From contig OX597823.1 of the NCBI GenBank assembly GCA_951406725.2, forward strand, positions 58,714,001 to 58,778,000: 64,000 nt of DNA, in the 5' to 3' direction. A program made the translations under genes and the position numbers. How positions within the stretch are numbered: the stretch's first letter is position 1; the number at the start of each line of letters is the position of its first letter. Below the pieces are notes generated by a model, which worked only from the letters and a program-made list of their open reading frames with translations, searched no databases and was not told the origin of the DNA. Below, one piece after another: positions 13,325 through 26,627 of this stretch. The DNA is from Octopus vulgaris. Taxonomy: Eukaryota.

Positions 13325-15645
13325 CACTGGTTGACGAAATTAAATGTATTATACTCAATTATAAAATTGACATGTATATACAAAATTAAATGTATTATGA
13401 ATGCAAACCAAATATTTTAGACTAATTTTTCATGCTGCTTTCAAAATTGCACTCCATTTGTATGCAACAAATATCAGTTTTTCAGATGCTACATGCAAAT
13501 ATTTACATATTTGTATATATGAAATCATTAACGTAATAAATAAAGACATATTTTTAGAAAGTTATTGAGTTTATTGAGTTAAAAATCATCACTATCATTC
13601 TACAAAGAGTGAATACACAAAAAAATGGGTCAGAACAAAGTTAGAACAACAGAGTTAGAAACATTGTGATTTGGATTTCCTGCGGTGTTCCTGATCTGGT
13701 TGATCTCAGTAAACTGTCCAGCAATAGTTAACCAGCATACTGTCATACCAGAAGCCTTGGTATGGTCTCCATAGCACTAATGTGCTGGTGAAATATTTCC
13801 CCATGTTCATCAGACATTACTCCAAGGTTATCTGCTAAGAAATCCAGATGGGAGTCCAAGAAGTGAACTTTCAGTGACATGCGACAACCCATTGCTGCAT
13901 TTCCATTAATATTTCAGAAGATTCTTGATACCATTTTTGTAGTCCATCGCCTTCTTGTTGCCCAAGAAATTCTCACAGATCCAATTGAAAGCATTCTATG
14001 CAGGCAGTTCCAGTTCATCCAGTGTTGTCTTGAAGTTGACATCTTTGAGTACTTCTCTAATTTGGGGTCCCTCTTTCAACTTCGCCTGGCATTTATCTTC
14101 ACTAGTGGCTTTACAAATTATTTTATCAGTCCAACCTTTATGTGGAAAGGAGGCAGTAGGTCATTACATGGATCTGCAAGAAGTGTATTCTTGATGTTAG
14201 ACAGCCCTGGCTAGTAGGATGTTTTTGTTGATTTCGTATATTTGTCAGTTGCCCGACTATACCACAGACACAAGAAACAATAGTATTTTGTGAAACCTGA
14301 CTGCATTCCCATTAACATTCCAATGATTTTTAAACCTCTACATATTTTCCATGAGCATCTTTCATAGGCAATGGCGTAAAGTAAAAGTTCCATATTCTCA
14401 TAAGGTTCATGAAGGTGAACGGAGTGTGCAATAGAAATGGAGGGATTCAAATTACCATTATGGAGAAGTACGGTCTTTAAACTTCGTTGTGAAGACTTAA
14501 TAAACAAATGCCACTTTGCAAGATCATGATTTTGTGATAAACATTCAAAAATACCATCGCTGTTATTGCAAAAGCAAAAGTAGCCTTCAATAGAAAAACA
14601 CGTTTGTAGAATCACATTTCTCTGCCGAAAATAAGTTATACGAATACCGTGCTCTAGTAGATACTTCTCCTTCGGTCTTGAAGCCAACACTTCTGCTTTA
14701 TCCTTTGAGAGGGATACGTCTCTGACAAGGTCATTCAGTTCAACTTGGGAAAATTTCTGAGGTTCAAAGCTATCGTCATCAGCCACGTAATCCTCTTCCG
14801 AAGCACTATCGTGACAGTCAGCATCCTCACCTGATGTTTCAATACCATTATCTAGTGGAACTGGAATTGGCAGACTTTCATTGTGAGGCACAGGTCTCAC
14901 TGCAGAATACAAATTAGGATAAACAATTTTGTGTTTATTCTTCCTAGAAAATCCTGTGACACTTACTTTGCAAAAATAACAGTAATTAAAACGGTCTTTC
15001 GGCTCCTTTCATATCATTGGAATGTCAAAGGCATGGACCTCTTATTGAACTAGTCACGTAAGCCATTTGAGCAAGATGAGCAGATAAAATCTAGTGTCCA
15101 TAGCTTGTCCTGATCTCCAGGAGGACAGTCAAAGTATAGCTTATAAATCTTCTTGATCTCTTGTGTTATTGTACGTTTAGACATAACAAAACACATCAGG
15201 ACGATTTCTACATTGTCTTGACAGTGTTAACATTGTAAAACAAGTAAGGAAATAGATACAAATGGTTATACTTATATTGAATTTGAGATAATGAAATATT
15301 TTATCAGACCAATTATGACTGGACAATTTTAGATGTTGAAATACCTATTTCGTCAGACAAAACTTGACTGGTTAATTTAAGATGATGAAATATTGCGACT
15401 GAACTATGCAGCAATGAATAGTGTAGTTTATTTTAAAGGTATGTCTGTATGATGTAAATTAAATAGATACACACACGTCATTAATTGGAATTTCTATATA
15501 ATGCATGACCTAAATTCAAAAATATTTTTCATCTTGAAAACTGTACGCGATGTCAAAAAGCTAATTGTATATTTGAAATCAGCTTTAATTTCTCCACTAA
15601 GTACATTTTGATATATGCTTCATGAAAAATATTTGTTGACCAGTG
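13325..15645 (-). mobile_element. Full-length decayed Chapaev3-like (CMC superfamily) DNA transposon
   Basis: Termini CACTGG...CCAGTG, 3-bp TAA duplication at 13322-24 and 15646-48, and an internal transposase pseudogene. The family name comes from recalled CACTG termini and TWA TSD. Confidence 0.8.
13655..15233 (-). pseudogene. Chapaev3-like transposase, with frameshifts and stops
   Basis: Motifs CRNRPDVFCYV, YSAVRPVPH, SKDKAEVLASR, SLKTVLLHNGN, GFTKYYCFLCLW, MSLKVHFLDSHLDF and SDEHGEIFHQ are readable across frames. ORF 14211-14912 is one piece. Confidence 0.85.
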
Positions 15646-15729
15646 TAATTGATTGCGAAGACAGACTGTACTGTAAGATTTATGTAGCAGGACGATCGTT
15701 TCGGCTTAAAACTGCACTGCTTCTTAGTA

Positions 15730-16480
15730 GGTGGGCCCCACCTTCAAGAGTTTTTAGTTGAATAAATCGACTCTACTTTTTTAGAGCCTGGTGCTCATTC
15801 TATCAGTTTTTTGTCGAAGCACTAAATTACGAGGACGTAAACACACCAACACCGTTTGGCAAACGGTGTTGGGGGATGCAGACAGAAGGAAACACTGACG
15901 CACACACACACAAGCACACATACTTACGCATATATATGTACGACGGGCTTCTTTCAGTTTTGGTCGGCCCGAGGCTATAGTTGCAAACACTCGCCCAAGG
16001 TGCAACGTCGTGGGACTGAACCCGGAGCTATGTGGCTGGGAAGTAATCTTCTTAACAGCCATACCCGCGCCAGGCGTGGTCGTGTGGTAAGAAGTCTGCT
16101 TCCCAACCACTTGATCCCGGATTCAGTCCCACTGCGTGGCACCTTGTGCAACTGTCTTGTACTATAGCCTCGGACCGATGGAAGTCTCGTGAGTGGATTT
16201 GAAAGAGGAAACTGAAAGAAGCCCATCGTATACACACACATATATTTATGCGTGTGTGTCTTTGTGTCTGTGTTGTCCCCCACCCTCGCTTGACGACCGA
16301 TGTTGTTGTGTTTACGTCCCCCTAACTTAGCGAGTGGGCAAAAGAGACTGATAGAATGAGTACTAGACTGACAAAGAATAAATCCTGGAGTCGATCTGAT
16401 CGACTAAAACTATTTGAGGTGGTGTTCCAGCATAGCCGCAATCAAATGACTGGAGCTAATAAAAGAATACAATAATAAAA
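15730..16480. mobile_element. Two SINE family A copies, head to head
   Basis: Minus copy about 15730-16070 and plus copy about 16071-16480. Confidence 0.8.
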
Positions 16481-16487
16481 GAATATG

Positions 16488-17285
16488 CGTGGTCTGTTCA
16501 ATAACTATCCGTACTGTTGCCATTGTAACGAAGCTAAAGCATGCAGAGTAAAGCCGCTTGGCACAGATTGACCTTGCACTCTGTTGTGTATGTGCACTAA
16601 GTTTTAACGTTGTACCTCACTTCCGCTGTTTGCAGAAGTGCTTTGAAGGAAGGTGAATGGCGTGTGATCGTAGCATTAATCATGATAAAGAAAGTTGAGC
16701 AGAGAATCTGCATCAAATTCTGCCAAAACTTTGGCGATACCTGATCAGAGTCCATCGTATAGTCTTCAAAAATTTTTCATCATTCTCGACACAATCAAGG
16801 AGATCTTGTGCTACTGAAACTCGATTGTCTTCTTGGGCAGCTGAAAGCAGTTTTGGCACAAACTTGGCAGACACGCATCTCATACCCAAATGTTCAGTGA
16901 TAATTGACTGAACTGAACCGTAGCTAATCTGCACATCTTCTGATAATTCACGGATGGTGATTCAAAGACTTTCCCTCACAGCTGCACGCACATCAGCGAT
17001 GTTTTCCCCAGTTCTGCTCGTTGCGGGTCTCCTCGAGCGTCCGTCAATATCGACATTATTTTGGCTAAATTGGAAACGTCTGAAGCACGCGTACGCTTGT
17101 GTGGCCCATACACTCTTCTCCATACACTTTCTGCAACCTTTGTGTAGGCCTCTGATCATGAAAACTTTCTCTGTCATGGTCAATGCGACGATCACACGCT
17201 ACACACCTTCCTTCCAAACACTGCTGTAAACTGGAGGCGAGCTCGAACGTTAAACTTAGTGTGCATGCACTGCAGAGTTCAAGAT
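16488..17285. mobile_element. Mariner derivative made of two inverted 5' ends
   Basis: Plus strand 16488-16745 has a TIR-like start and MIKKVEQRICIKFCQNFGDT. Minus strand 17285-16752 has the same 5' UTR, MTEKV, GRSRRPATS and VSAKFVPKLL. Confidence 0.75.
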
Positions 17286-17363
17286 CATATATATATATAT
17301 ATATATATATAAGTAATATTGAATTTCTAAATCTCTCGTAGAGACATGTACGGTGGTGGGGCG

Positions 17364-17468
17364 ATAGAATGGTTGTATACTGTCAATCTAACAAGAACGT
17401 GACAGTAGGGGGTACAGCGGTGGTGTACCCCCTACTGTCACGTTCTTGTTAGATTGACAGTATACAAC

Positions 17469-17476
<8 letters not shown>
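17364..17476. repeat. Perfect 53-bp inverted repeat with 7-nt loop
   Basis: 17364-17416 is the exact reverse complement of 17424-17476. The loop is gcggtgg. Confidence 0.95.
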
Positions 17477-17520
<44 letters not shown>

Positions 17521-17567
17521 GTATGTATATACATATATATATACATAGATTGACAGTATACAACCAT

Positions 17568-17614
<47 letters not shown>

Positions 17615-18399
17615 GTATGTATATACAGATAGATAGATAGATACATAGTACATACATATATATATATATACATACACACACACACACACATATATATATA
17701 TGTATGTATGTCTATATGTATGTATGTATATACAGATAGATATATAAATAGATAGATAGATAGATAGATAGATACATACATACATACATATGCATACATA
17801 CATACATACATACATATATGTGATGTGAAAGAATGCCAATGGATAACAAGACTAAAACGTTTATGCTATAAAAGTTCGGCCCCTTTCATTATAATACTGA
17901 AATACCAGAAGTGTTGTATCCAATTTACAACATATAATAAGATAACAAAACGTCATATATGTACCAACATACCGCTCGCGCCCTCACACACTTGCATTGA
18001 ATGCCTAAACGGAAAGATATATGTTCTCCAGTTATCAATAAATTATATATTTTAAATAAGCAAGCAGGTGATAAAAATGTCTGCACACCCTTAGGTGCTC
18101 ACTTCTTCCACTGATTAAATACAGTACAATTATCTATATGTTCTTGGGACTGCCAATATGCATACATATACACAGAGCTTCCTACATACATACACGCAGC
18201 GATACATAAATAAATACATAAATACTTAATACCTATATATGTATATGCTACCCATTCATATTTCCACATTCACATACACACACTCAACACACAAAGAAGT
18301 ATGTATGCGTGTGAGTTAGTGTGTACATTGTGCACATGTGTGCGTGACTGTATATATGGGTATACATATATGTCAGATTATATATAACATTTTTTTATA

Positions 18400-19513
18400 G
18401 GGATAGTGTTGACTATGACTTCGAAGTTGTAAAAGAAGCTATCGTATGCACTTTCCACAAAGGAGGAAAGGAAGGATCAAAGCAGATGCTAAAAATTACA
18501 AGTCTATCTCATTGACCTCACATGCCAGCAAAGTTATGGAACACTACTATCCAAAAGGAAGCTGATCATGTTCCCAGAAGAATATGTTTTGTTCACTAAC
18601 ATACGTGTTTTCCGCCATTGAAGAAGCTGCCTCACTAAAGCATTGTAACTGGATACTGAAACAACAGCACATCAGCTCCAATATCGATGTGATATACCTC
18701 GACTTTGCCAACGTCTTCGACAAAGTTTATCACAGGATGATATGACACAAGCTACGCGATCTTGATATCGTTGGTAAACTAGAGAAATGATTGCATGACT
18801 TTCTAAAAGTTAGGAGCCAGACAATTGCGACCATTAATGCTCCCTCAGAGAATTTATCAACATTAAACAGATCCCCACAGAGAACTGTACTGGGACCACT
18901 GCTGTTCGGGGTGGCTCTGTCAGACTTGTCCTCATTCACAAAATAAGCCAATCACATCAAATATATGGATGATACAAAATTATCACAAGCAATTAAGGGA
19001 CGCTGAAGATACCTCAAAACTACGGAAAGATTTGAACGCATTATATAAGAGGGATGGAGGAAACAGCATGCTGTTCAATGCTAACAAATTTCAAGCACTC
19101 AGATATTGGCCCGAAAATTGATTGCAATCACAACATGCAGGACCAGGTGATTTTGCAATCCTAGAAAGATAAACGATGCATGACTTGGAAATCCATATGA
19201 ATGACGATGCATCGTTCTAGATGCATATCACCTAGGTAGGAACAAGGTAGAGGGCAGCTGATTGTTTGGATTCTGAGATTATTCAAAACACGGAGAAAGA
19301 AAATCATGTTGTTGCGATGGAGAACATTTGTGCATAGTTGCCTAGATTATTGCTCCCAATTAAGTCGACACAAAGCGGCAAATAAACAACAGAACTGAAG
19401 TAAATCCAACGCCACTTGATTAAGGAGATTTGCCTCAGTACAACAGATAGATTGCCAAGAGTGACCAAAAGATTTGAGGATTTACTCTCTGGAGAGATGC
19501 GAAAGATATGCAA

Positions 19514-19515
<2 letters not shown>
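18400..19515 (+). pseudogene. CR1/Jockey-group LINE reverse transcriptase remnant
   Basis: Motifs NYKSISLTS..SKVME, DVIYLDFANVFDKV, PQRTVLGPLLF, YMDDTKL, FNANKFQ and LDYCSQ, with many stops and frameshifts. Confidence 0.85.
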
Positions 19516-19564
<49 letters not shown>

Positions 19565-19716
19565 AGAAATATAAATATTATTTAAAATAGTATTACTATC
19601 TATCAAGAATAAAGCACAATAAAAAGTAGAATTATAATATACAAAGTGGACATACACGATGTACGTTCATTGATACAAATAGCAGCCGTTAAGCTATCAG
19701 TGCCTGAGGTCCACTA

Positions 19717-19795
19717 GTGGGCTTGGAAAAATTTTGAGTGGGCCTGGGAAAATTTTGAGGGTGCTTGAGAAAACTTTGAGAGGGTCTTGGAAACA
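19717..19795. repeat. About 21-bp minisatellite, roughly 4 degenerate units
   Basis: gtgggcttggaaaaattttga / gtgggcctgggaaaattttga / gggtgcttgagaaaactttga / gagggtcttggaaac. Confidence 0.8.
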
Positions 19796-19828
19796 AGCTG
19801 TTTTTAGTATTCAATTTGTAGTCTTGAT

Positions 19829-20037
19829 CAGCGTTGCGGAAAGATTTTCCCGAAACGTAACAAATGTTTATCTCGAAACGTTACAAACAACGTAACAAAT
19901 AAAATTCCAAAACGTAACAAAAGTTGTATCAAATCTCCGTAACAAATTCCAAAAACGTAACAAAAAACGTAACAACGCATACGTATTGTCAAAAATGTAA
20001 CAGATTTGTTCGGAACGTAACGATGCCGGCAACGCTA
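19829..20037. mobile_element. hAT-type MITE with reiterated CGTAAC motifs
   Basis: TIR CAGCGTTGC/GCAACGCTA and 8-bp TSD gtcttgat(19821-28)/gtcttgac(20038-45). Confidence 0.8.
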
Positions 20038-20510
20038 GTCTTGACTGAATATTTTTCTCAGCACACGCCTCTACAATAATCACATGATTTGCATTTTGAC
20101 CTAATAAATTGTGCAGGGCGGGGAGGGAACTCCACAGCAAGCAGCCTTCAATTTGATTTTCCGTTCCTAGGTTAATCGGAAACAGTGCAATTATTTGGTA
20201 CATTCAATCATAAGAGGTATTTTATTATATTTTTTAGTTTCTATTTTGGCTGGTTATACTCGAGATTGCTCCAATCTGACCAGCCCCAAGGAATAACTAA
20301 GCTAAGAGCACTAGATTCCTTGGAAGAAAGCAGCGAATGTATACAAAAACAAGGACGGAAAAAAACGGACAATGTTACACAAATACAATAAAAATAATAA
20401 CAGGACATAACAATAGGTGTCTTTCGACTAAGGGAGAATTAAATTAAGCTGGCGTGTGTGGAAATGAAGCCTTATGGCAGGGATACAAGACTTCACAGAT
20501 AGAGGGAGGA

Positions 20511-20550
<40 letters not shown>

Positions 20551-20554
20551 GTAT

Positions 20555-20784
20555 GCGTGTGGTGTTTGTGTGTCTGTGTTTGTCCCCCTAGCATTGCTTG
20601 ACAACCGATGCTGTTGTGTTTACGTCCCTGTCACTTAGCGGTTCGGCAAAAAGAGACCGATAGAATAAGTACTGGGCTTACAAAGAATAAGTCCCTGGGT
20701 CGATTTGCTCGACTAAAAGGCGGTGCTCCAGCATGGCCGCAATCAAATGACTGAAACAAGTAAAAGAGTAAGAGAGTAAAAGAG

Positions 20785-20785
<1 letters not shown>
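20555..20785 (+). mobile_element. SINE family A, 3' half
   Basis: Nearly identical to 10350-10550. Confidence 0.85.
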
Positions 20786-20815
<30 letters not shown>

Positions 20816-21086
20816 TTAAACAGCTAGAAGAAATGTTCTTTTGGGGTAAAGAAAAAACGCAGTAACGTCTGTGCTAACGGAACAGCCATGCTGAAGTGGC
20901 AACAGACATTACTCGCCAGGACAGTTACTGCGTTCTTCCCATACAGAGATTTTATAACTAGCTTTTTACTTGTTATATGTGTGTGAATGTGTGTATATAT
21001 ATGTATATATATATACATATACACATATATATATATATTTATACACACACACATATATATATTCATATACACACACACATATATAC

Positions 21087-21147
<61 letters not shown>

Positions 21148-21642
21148 TAACGGGAAGGTTTCTTTGTTATTCTGTTTTCTAGTGACAAAATGTTATTAGA
21201 AAGTTCTAGACTGAAAGGTTTCAGTGTTTCTGAATAAGAAACCAACAATTCAGAAGGGCTAATCTAGTGGTGCATTAAAATTGTTTCATTTTCACCCATG
21301 TACATTAAAATATAATTTATTGAAGCAACTCTTTGGAAATTCATGTTTGTGCTCAATTAACCTCGTATGCCACGCATAGAGTCTCAACCTGGTTCCTATT
21401 CTGTTTATTACCCGCACTTTATCGGTTCTTTGTCTTTCTGTCTGCTTCCGACTCTCTCTCTCTCTCTCACTTTCCTCCTTTCTCTCTGTCTGTCTGATCA
21501 TTCTCTCTCTCTCTCTATCTATCTCTCTATCTTTCTATCTATGCCTCGTCTTCTGTTATTTTGTGAAGGGACATGAAAGCATACAGGCACTGCATAACTA
21601 TTCAATCATATTTGTAAGTATGCATTCAAGTGTACTGTGTCT

Positions 21643-21692
<50 letters not shown>

Positions 21693-22499
21693 ACACACAC
21701 ATACACACACAAACATGCACATACACACGCACGCACACACACGCACACATACTGACACACATACGCACGCTCACACACGCACACACACACACACCTTATG
21801 CACAAACGCACGTATACGTAGGTATATATATACGCGTACACATTGATATATTCATACATATAAATACTTATATATATAATTACTTATTTATACATTGCAC
21901 GCATATGTGCGTATAATACATGTATAAAATATGTGAACGTATAAAATATGTATATATACGTATACACACACGCATATATATATGTACACGCACATATTTT
22001 TACCTATATTATGCGTATATATATGTACATGTATGGTCATCTCTCTCTGTCTCTTTACACACACATACACACACACACACATATATATATGTATATATAT
22101 TAACACACGCAAATATATATATATACACAGTTGTACATATATTTGTATATACGAGTCTCTATATATATAAGTATATAAATATACATACATGTATTTGCAT
22201 ATAAATATATGTACACACACACACACACACACAAAGACACTCACAAACACATACACACACACGCACACACACATAGACACATACACACGCACACGCACAT
22301 AGACTCATACACGCCCCCCCCCACACCCACCCACAAATACGTATCGAAATCTATATACACTGCGACAATAAACTGTAGACGTATTGAAAGCTATATTTAA
22401 ATTTAATTATCATGCATTCACACATTTGTTTTGATGGAAATTATGACATAATTGTAATTCCTAAATCAAAACTTACTGCTTCTTTTTATTCCTCAAATC

Positions 22500-22537
<38 letters not shown>

Positions 22538-22842
22538 CTTTATTTTTCAGTCTTTATTTTATCTTCGTTTGCTTTTTATATTTGTCGCGCATATTCTTCT
22601 CCTAAAAAAGATTATATGCTACATAAATCTTTTAACATTTTTCTGTAGCTACTAAGTACTGGTTAAATATGTTTTATGTTACAGGTCAACTACTTTTATT
22701 TCTCCACACTTCTTAAATATATTTCTTACGTTGTTTGATTATATTTTCTTCTTATGTTTAGAGTGACTTATATATAAACACATATTTATATTATATATTT
22801 GTGCGTATATTATATATTTGTGTGTATGTATATATATATGTA

Positions 22843-22884
<42 letters not shown>

Positions 22885-22889
22885 CACGT

Positions 22890-23255
22890 GCAGGTGTGGC
22901 TGTGTGGTAAGAAGTTTCCTTCCGAACCATAGGGGTCCGGGTTCAGTCCTACTGCGTGGCACCTTGGGCAAATGTCCTCTTCCATAGCCTTGGGCTGAAC
23001 AAAGCCTTGTGAATGGATTTGGTGGAAGGAAATTGAAAGAAGCCCATCGCATGAGTGTGTGTGTTTGTGTATGTGTGCGTGTGTGAGTCTTGGTGTCTGT
23101 TTTTGTCCGTTCCCACCATCGCCTGCTAACCGATGATAGTCTGCTTACGCCCTTAACTCAACGATTAAGGGGACGTAAGCATACCATCACAGCTAGAATA
23201 AGTACCCGATTAAAATTCTTCAAGGCAGTGCTCCAGCATGATCACCGTCTGAGAA
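22890..23255 (+). mobile_element. SINE family A, degenerate
   Basis: Head gcaggtgtggctgtgtggtaag and tail ggcagtgctccagcatg. Confidence 0.8.
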
Positions 23256-23277
23256 GGGAAAAAAAATTATATATATA

Positions 23278-24575
23278 CGAGGGGTGTATGAAAAGTCTTG
23301 AGCCTCAAAAAAACCAAACATGGTAAAGACTTCTGATGATTTATTTTTCAACATAGTCCCCCTCGATGGCTGAACACTGTCTCCAGCGGTGCCGAAGCAC
23401 TATTATCCCGGCGTAGAAGAACTCTTCTGTTTGAGACTTCAAGAAACTGCTTACAGCGTCTATGACGTCATTGTCACTGGCAAAATGGCTACCAAACAGG
23501 GCTTTTTTCATTTATAGAAATAGAGGAATGTCAGAGGGGGCTAAGTCTGGCGAATAAGGCGAATGGGGAACAAGTTCGTATCAACAATCACGAATTGTTA
23601 CCATGGCAACCACTGAGGCGTGGGATGGGGCATTCTCGGGATGAAAAAGGACTCTTCTGGTGAGCATTCCCGGCCTTTTTTCTTTGATTGCTTTTCGGAG
23701 GCGTTTCAGTAGCTGAGAATAATACATCCCTGTCACGGTGTGACTCTTTTCAAGGTAATCAATCAGCAAGACGCCTTGAGAATCCCAAAAGACGGACGCC
23801 ATGACCTTGCCAGCTGAAGGAATGACCCTGGCCTTCTTTGGGGTAGGAGAAGATGTGTGTTTCTATTGCTTTGATTGTTCATGGTTTCAGGCTGGTAGTG
23901 ATGAACCCAAATTTCGTCCATAGTAATGAAACGAGCTAGAAAATTCTCTTCATCGGCTTCAAAAAGTTCCAGATTGCTTGTGGACAAAGTACACCTGGTA
24001 CGTTTCTGTTCAGGAGTCAAAAGGCGAAGGACCCACCTTGCAGAAACCTTTGAGAACCCAAGTTCTTTTGTCACAATGTTGTCTGCTCTTTCAGTTGAGA
24101 TGCTCAGTCTCTCGGCTATCTGACGACATGATATTCGGCGATCTTGCATTATCGTACCAAGAGCAAGGTCAAGGTTGTCCTTTGTGGTTACAGTTGGAGG
24201 TCTCCCTTGTCTGGGATCATCTTCCACACTCTCCCTGCCACGTTTGAATTCATTTACCCAGCGTTTGACTGTTGCATATGAAGGAGAATTGTCTGTTAAG
24301 GTTCTCACCATATCTTCATGGATTTCTGATGGAGTCATGCCTTTCAAATGAAGGCACTTTATGACAGCACGATACTCAGTTTTCACCATTTTCCTTGTAA
24401 ACTCGAAGCTTGTTTATTCAAAAATCTGCAAAAAAAAAAAAAAAAATTAAAATATCAGAATCATGAAAATGAGCAAGAATATTTCGAAAAGACTGTACTT
24501 ACCAGAAAAAAATTGTTTCAGCTATATAGCAGCCCCGTTTCTAGGTTAGGCTCAAAACTTTTCATACACCCCTCA
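23278..24575 (-). mobile_element. Full-length (about 1.3 kb) decayed mariner transposon, irritans-like
   Basis: 28-bp TIRs cgaggggtgtatgaaaagtcttgagcct and aggctcaaaacttttcatacacccctca, in a TA-rich target. Confidence 0.92.
23341..24389 (-). pseudogene. Mariner DD34D transposase pseudogene
   Basis: MVKTEYRAVIK..., WVLRLL (WVPxxL), ITMDEIWVHHYQPET, then a frameshift, MASVFWD, HPENAPSH (second D changed to E), PYSPDLAPSD, an in-frame stop, and GDYVEK* at the end. Confidence 0.92.
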
Positions 24576-24825
24576 TGTATATATATATATATATATATAA
24601 TTCTTATTTGGAACGATGTATCTTAAAGCAGATAATGCTATAAATGATAGCGTGTGAATATAAGGTTAAAAAATCCCCTTTGATAGAAAGAATCGGAAGC
24701 TGCCTCTGGAGATCGAACCCACACATTCTCTAAGCATATATAATTATCTATAAAATACATATGTGTACATATGTACATCCATACACACACGTACAAAATC
24801 TATGCACAGATGCTCACATATATAT

Positions 24826-25040
24826 CTTTTTATTCTTTCTTTTATTTGTTTCAGTCATTTGATTGTGGGCATGTTTGGAGCATCGCCTTTAGTGGAACAA
24901 ATCGACTCAAGGACTTAGTCTTTTGTAAGCCTAATACTTATTCTATCAGTTCTTATGCCGAACCGCCAAGTTACGGAGTCGTCAACACACGATCATCGGT
25001 TGTCAAGCGATGGTGGTGGGACAAACACAGGCATACAAGC

Positions 25041-25072
<32 letters not shown>

Positions 25073-25250
25073 ACACACACATATATACGACGGGCTTCTT
25101 TCAGTTTCCATCTACCAAATCCACTCACGAGGCTTTGGCTGGCGCGAAGCTATTGTAGAAGACATTTGACGAAGGTACCGCGCAGTGGGACAGAACTCGG
25201 AACTATGTGGTTGGGAAGCAAGTTTCTTACAACACAGCCACGACTGCACA
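24826..25250 (-). mobile_element. SINE family A
   Basis: Reverse-complement copy with internal (CA)n. Confidence 0.85.
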
Positions 25251-25289
25251 AAAAATAAGTCCTTAAGCTATAGGTTAATAAGGTTGGCT

Positions 25290-25500
25290 TACCTGATACT
25301 TTGGTGTATATATTCCCCCTTGGACTCTACACTGGTCCGCTGTCGTAGGATTACTAATTTTCGCCAGTTGAGTGGACAGGAGCAACGTGAAATGAAGTGC
25401 TTTGCTTAAGGACACAATGCATCGCCCGGTTCAGGAATTGAAACCACAATCTTACGATCATATGTGCAACGCTCTTCACCACTAAGCCATGCGCCTCCAC
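25290..25500 (-). mobile_element. SINE family D (tRNA head plus CORE-like segment)
   Basis: Minus strand gtggaggcgcatggcttagtgg...tgtgtccttaagcaaagcacttcatttcacgttgctcc. Related remnants near 31880-32110 and 51490-51700. Confidence 0.7.
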
Positions 25501-26595
25501 CCGCACAAATACATATCATACTTTAAGTTTTAGATCGATTCCTCGGTCAGTCTTCCGGCGGTGTTAGCAACTTGAATGAATAAGTCTCACTGTCCGAATT
25601 AAGATGAAAAGAGCTAATCATTGCATCGTCTTAACTTTGATTGGAAATAACGAAGAACAGGGACATAAAATTCTGAGTGACAGAGTGATCTAAGCTGAAA
25701 CTATTACTCTCTATATCAAATATTTACTTGATTAAACGCATCGAGTACTCTTGTACTGTGTTAGCCTCATGTATGATATAATACTATATGTTAATAGTTT
25801 CATATTTTGGTTCAAGGCTAGCGGTTGTGGAGGAAGATACATGACAATTACATCAATCCCAGTTCTCAATTGGTACTTATTTTATCGACTCCGAAAGGAT
25901 GAAAGGTAGAGTCAAACCCGGTGGCATTTGAACTCAGTAATACTTCATTACAATAATAATAAAGCATAATGAGTGTATGTGTGTATGTAGGTGCGCGTGT
26001 ATACATAAGTAATACATACATTAATACATACATACATTTTTATACATACATATATATATATATATAACACCTATACATATTCACACAAACACACACATGT
26101 ATATACAAATATTTACTTGGATATATATCACTGGTAGAAAATAATTTATTTCGAAGAATTATTTTGGCAAAATAAGAAGCAGAATGAAGAATTATAGCTA
26201 ACGTAATGAAGCCTTATTTGAAGAATTATTATTGATGAAAATAACTCACAGTTTAATATTATAACTTATAGATTAAATCTATTTTGATAAATCGTTTAAG
26301 GCGAAATAAGAAAAGTTTTGAAAAAATGCTTAAATAAAACAAAATGTAAAGAATTGCGAATATTTGGTTAATATTCCGATAAGCTAAAACAGTGGTACTC
26401 AATCATTTTCTGTTTATGGACTATTTTGACTCTTTGATTCCTATTTTATTTGGGTGGACTCTCATAACCATTCGATGCTATTTAAAAAAAAGTCTTATCA
26501 GTTTTATAATTAGATATTATTTGGAATTTTATCGTTTTAATTTTTATTGTTTCAGTCCTTAAAGAATTTTGAGTAGGGTGAATCGACCCCAGTAC

Positions 26596-26627
<32 letters not shown>

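Noticed and set aside
19717-20037. Short spaced repeats that could be mistaken for a CRISPR array (also 34818-35022)
   Set aside because: Eukaryotic context, degenerate units, no unique spacers of constant length and no cas genes. They are explained as minisatellites and a MITE.
20190-20515. Repeat-like segment in a TA tract with minus-strand CTGTGAAG and CGAAAG
   Set aside because: I could not fold stems II and III, so it is left unclassified.
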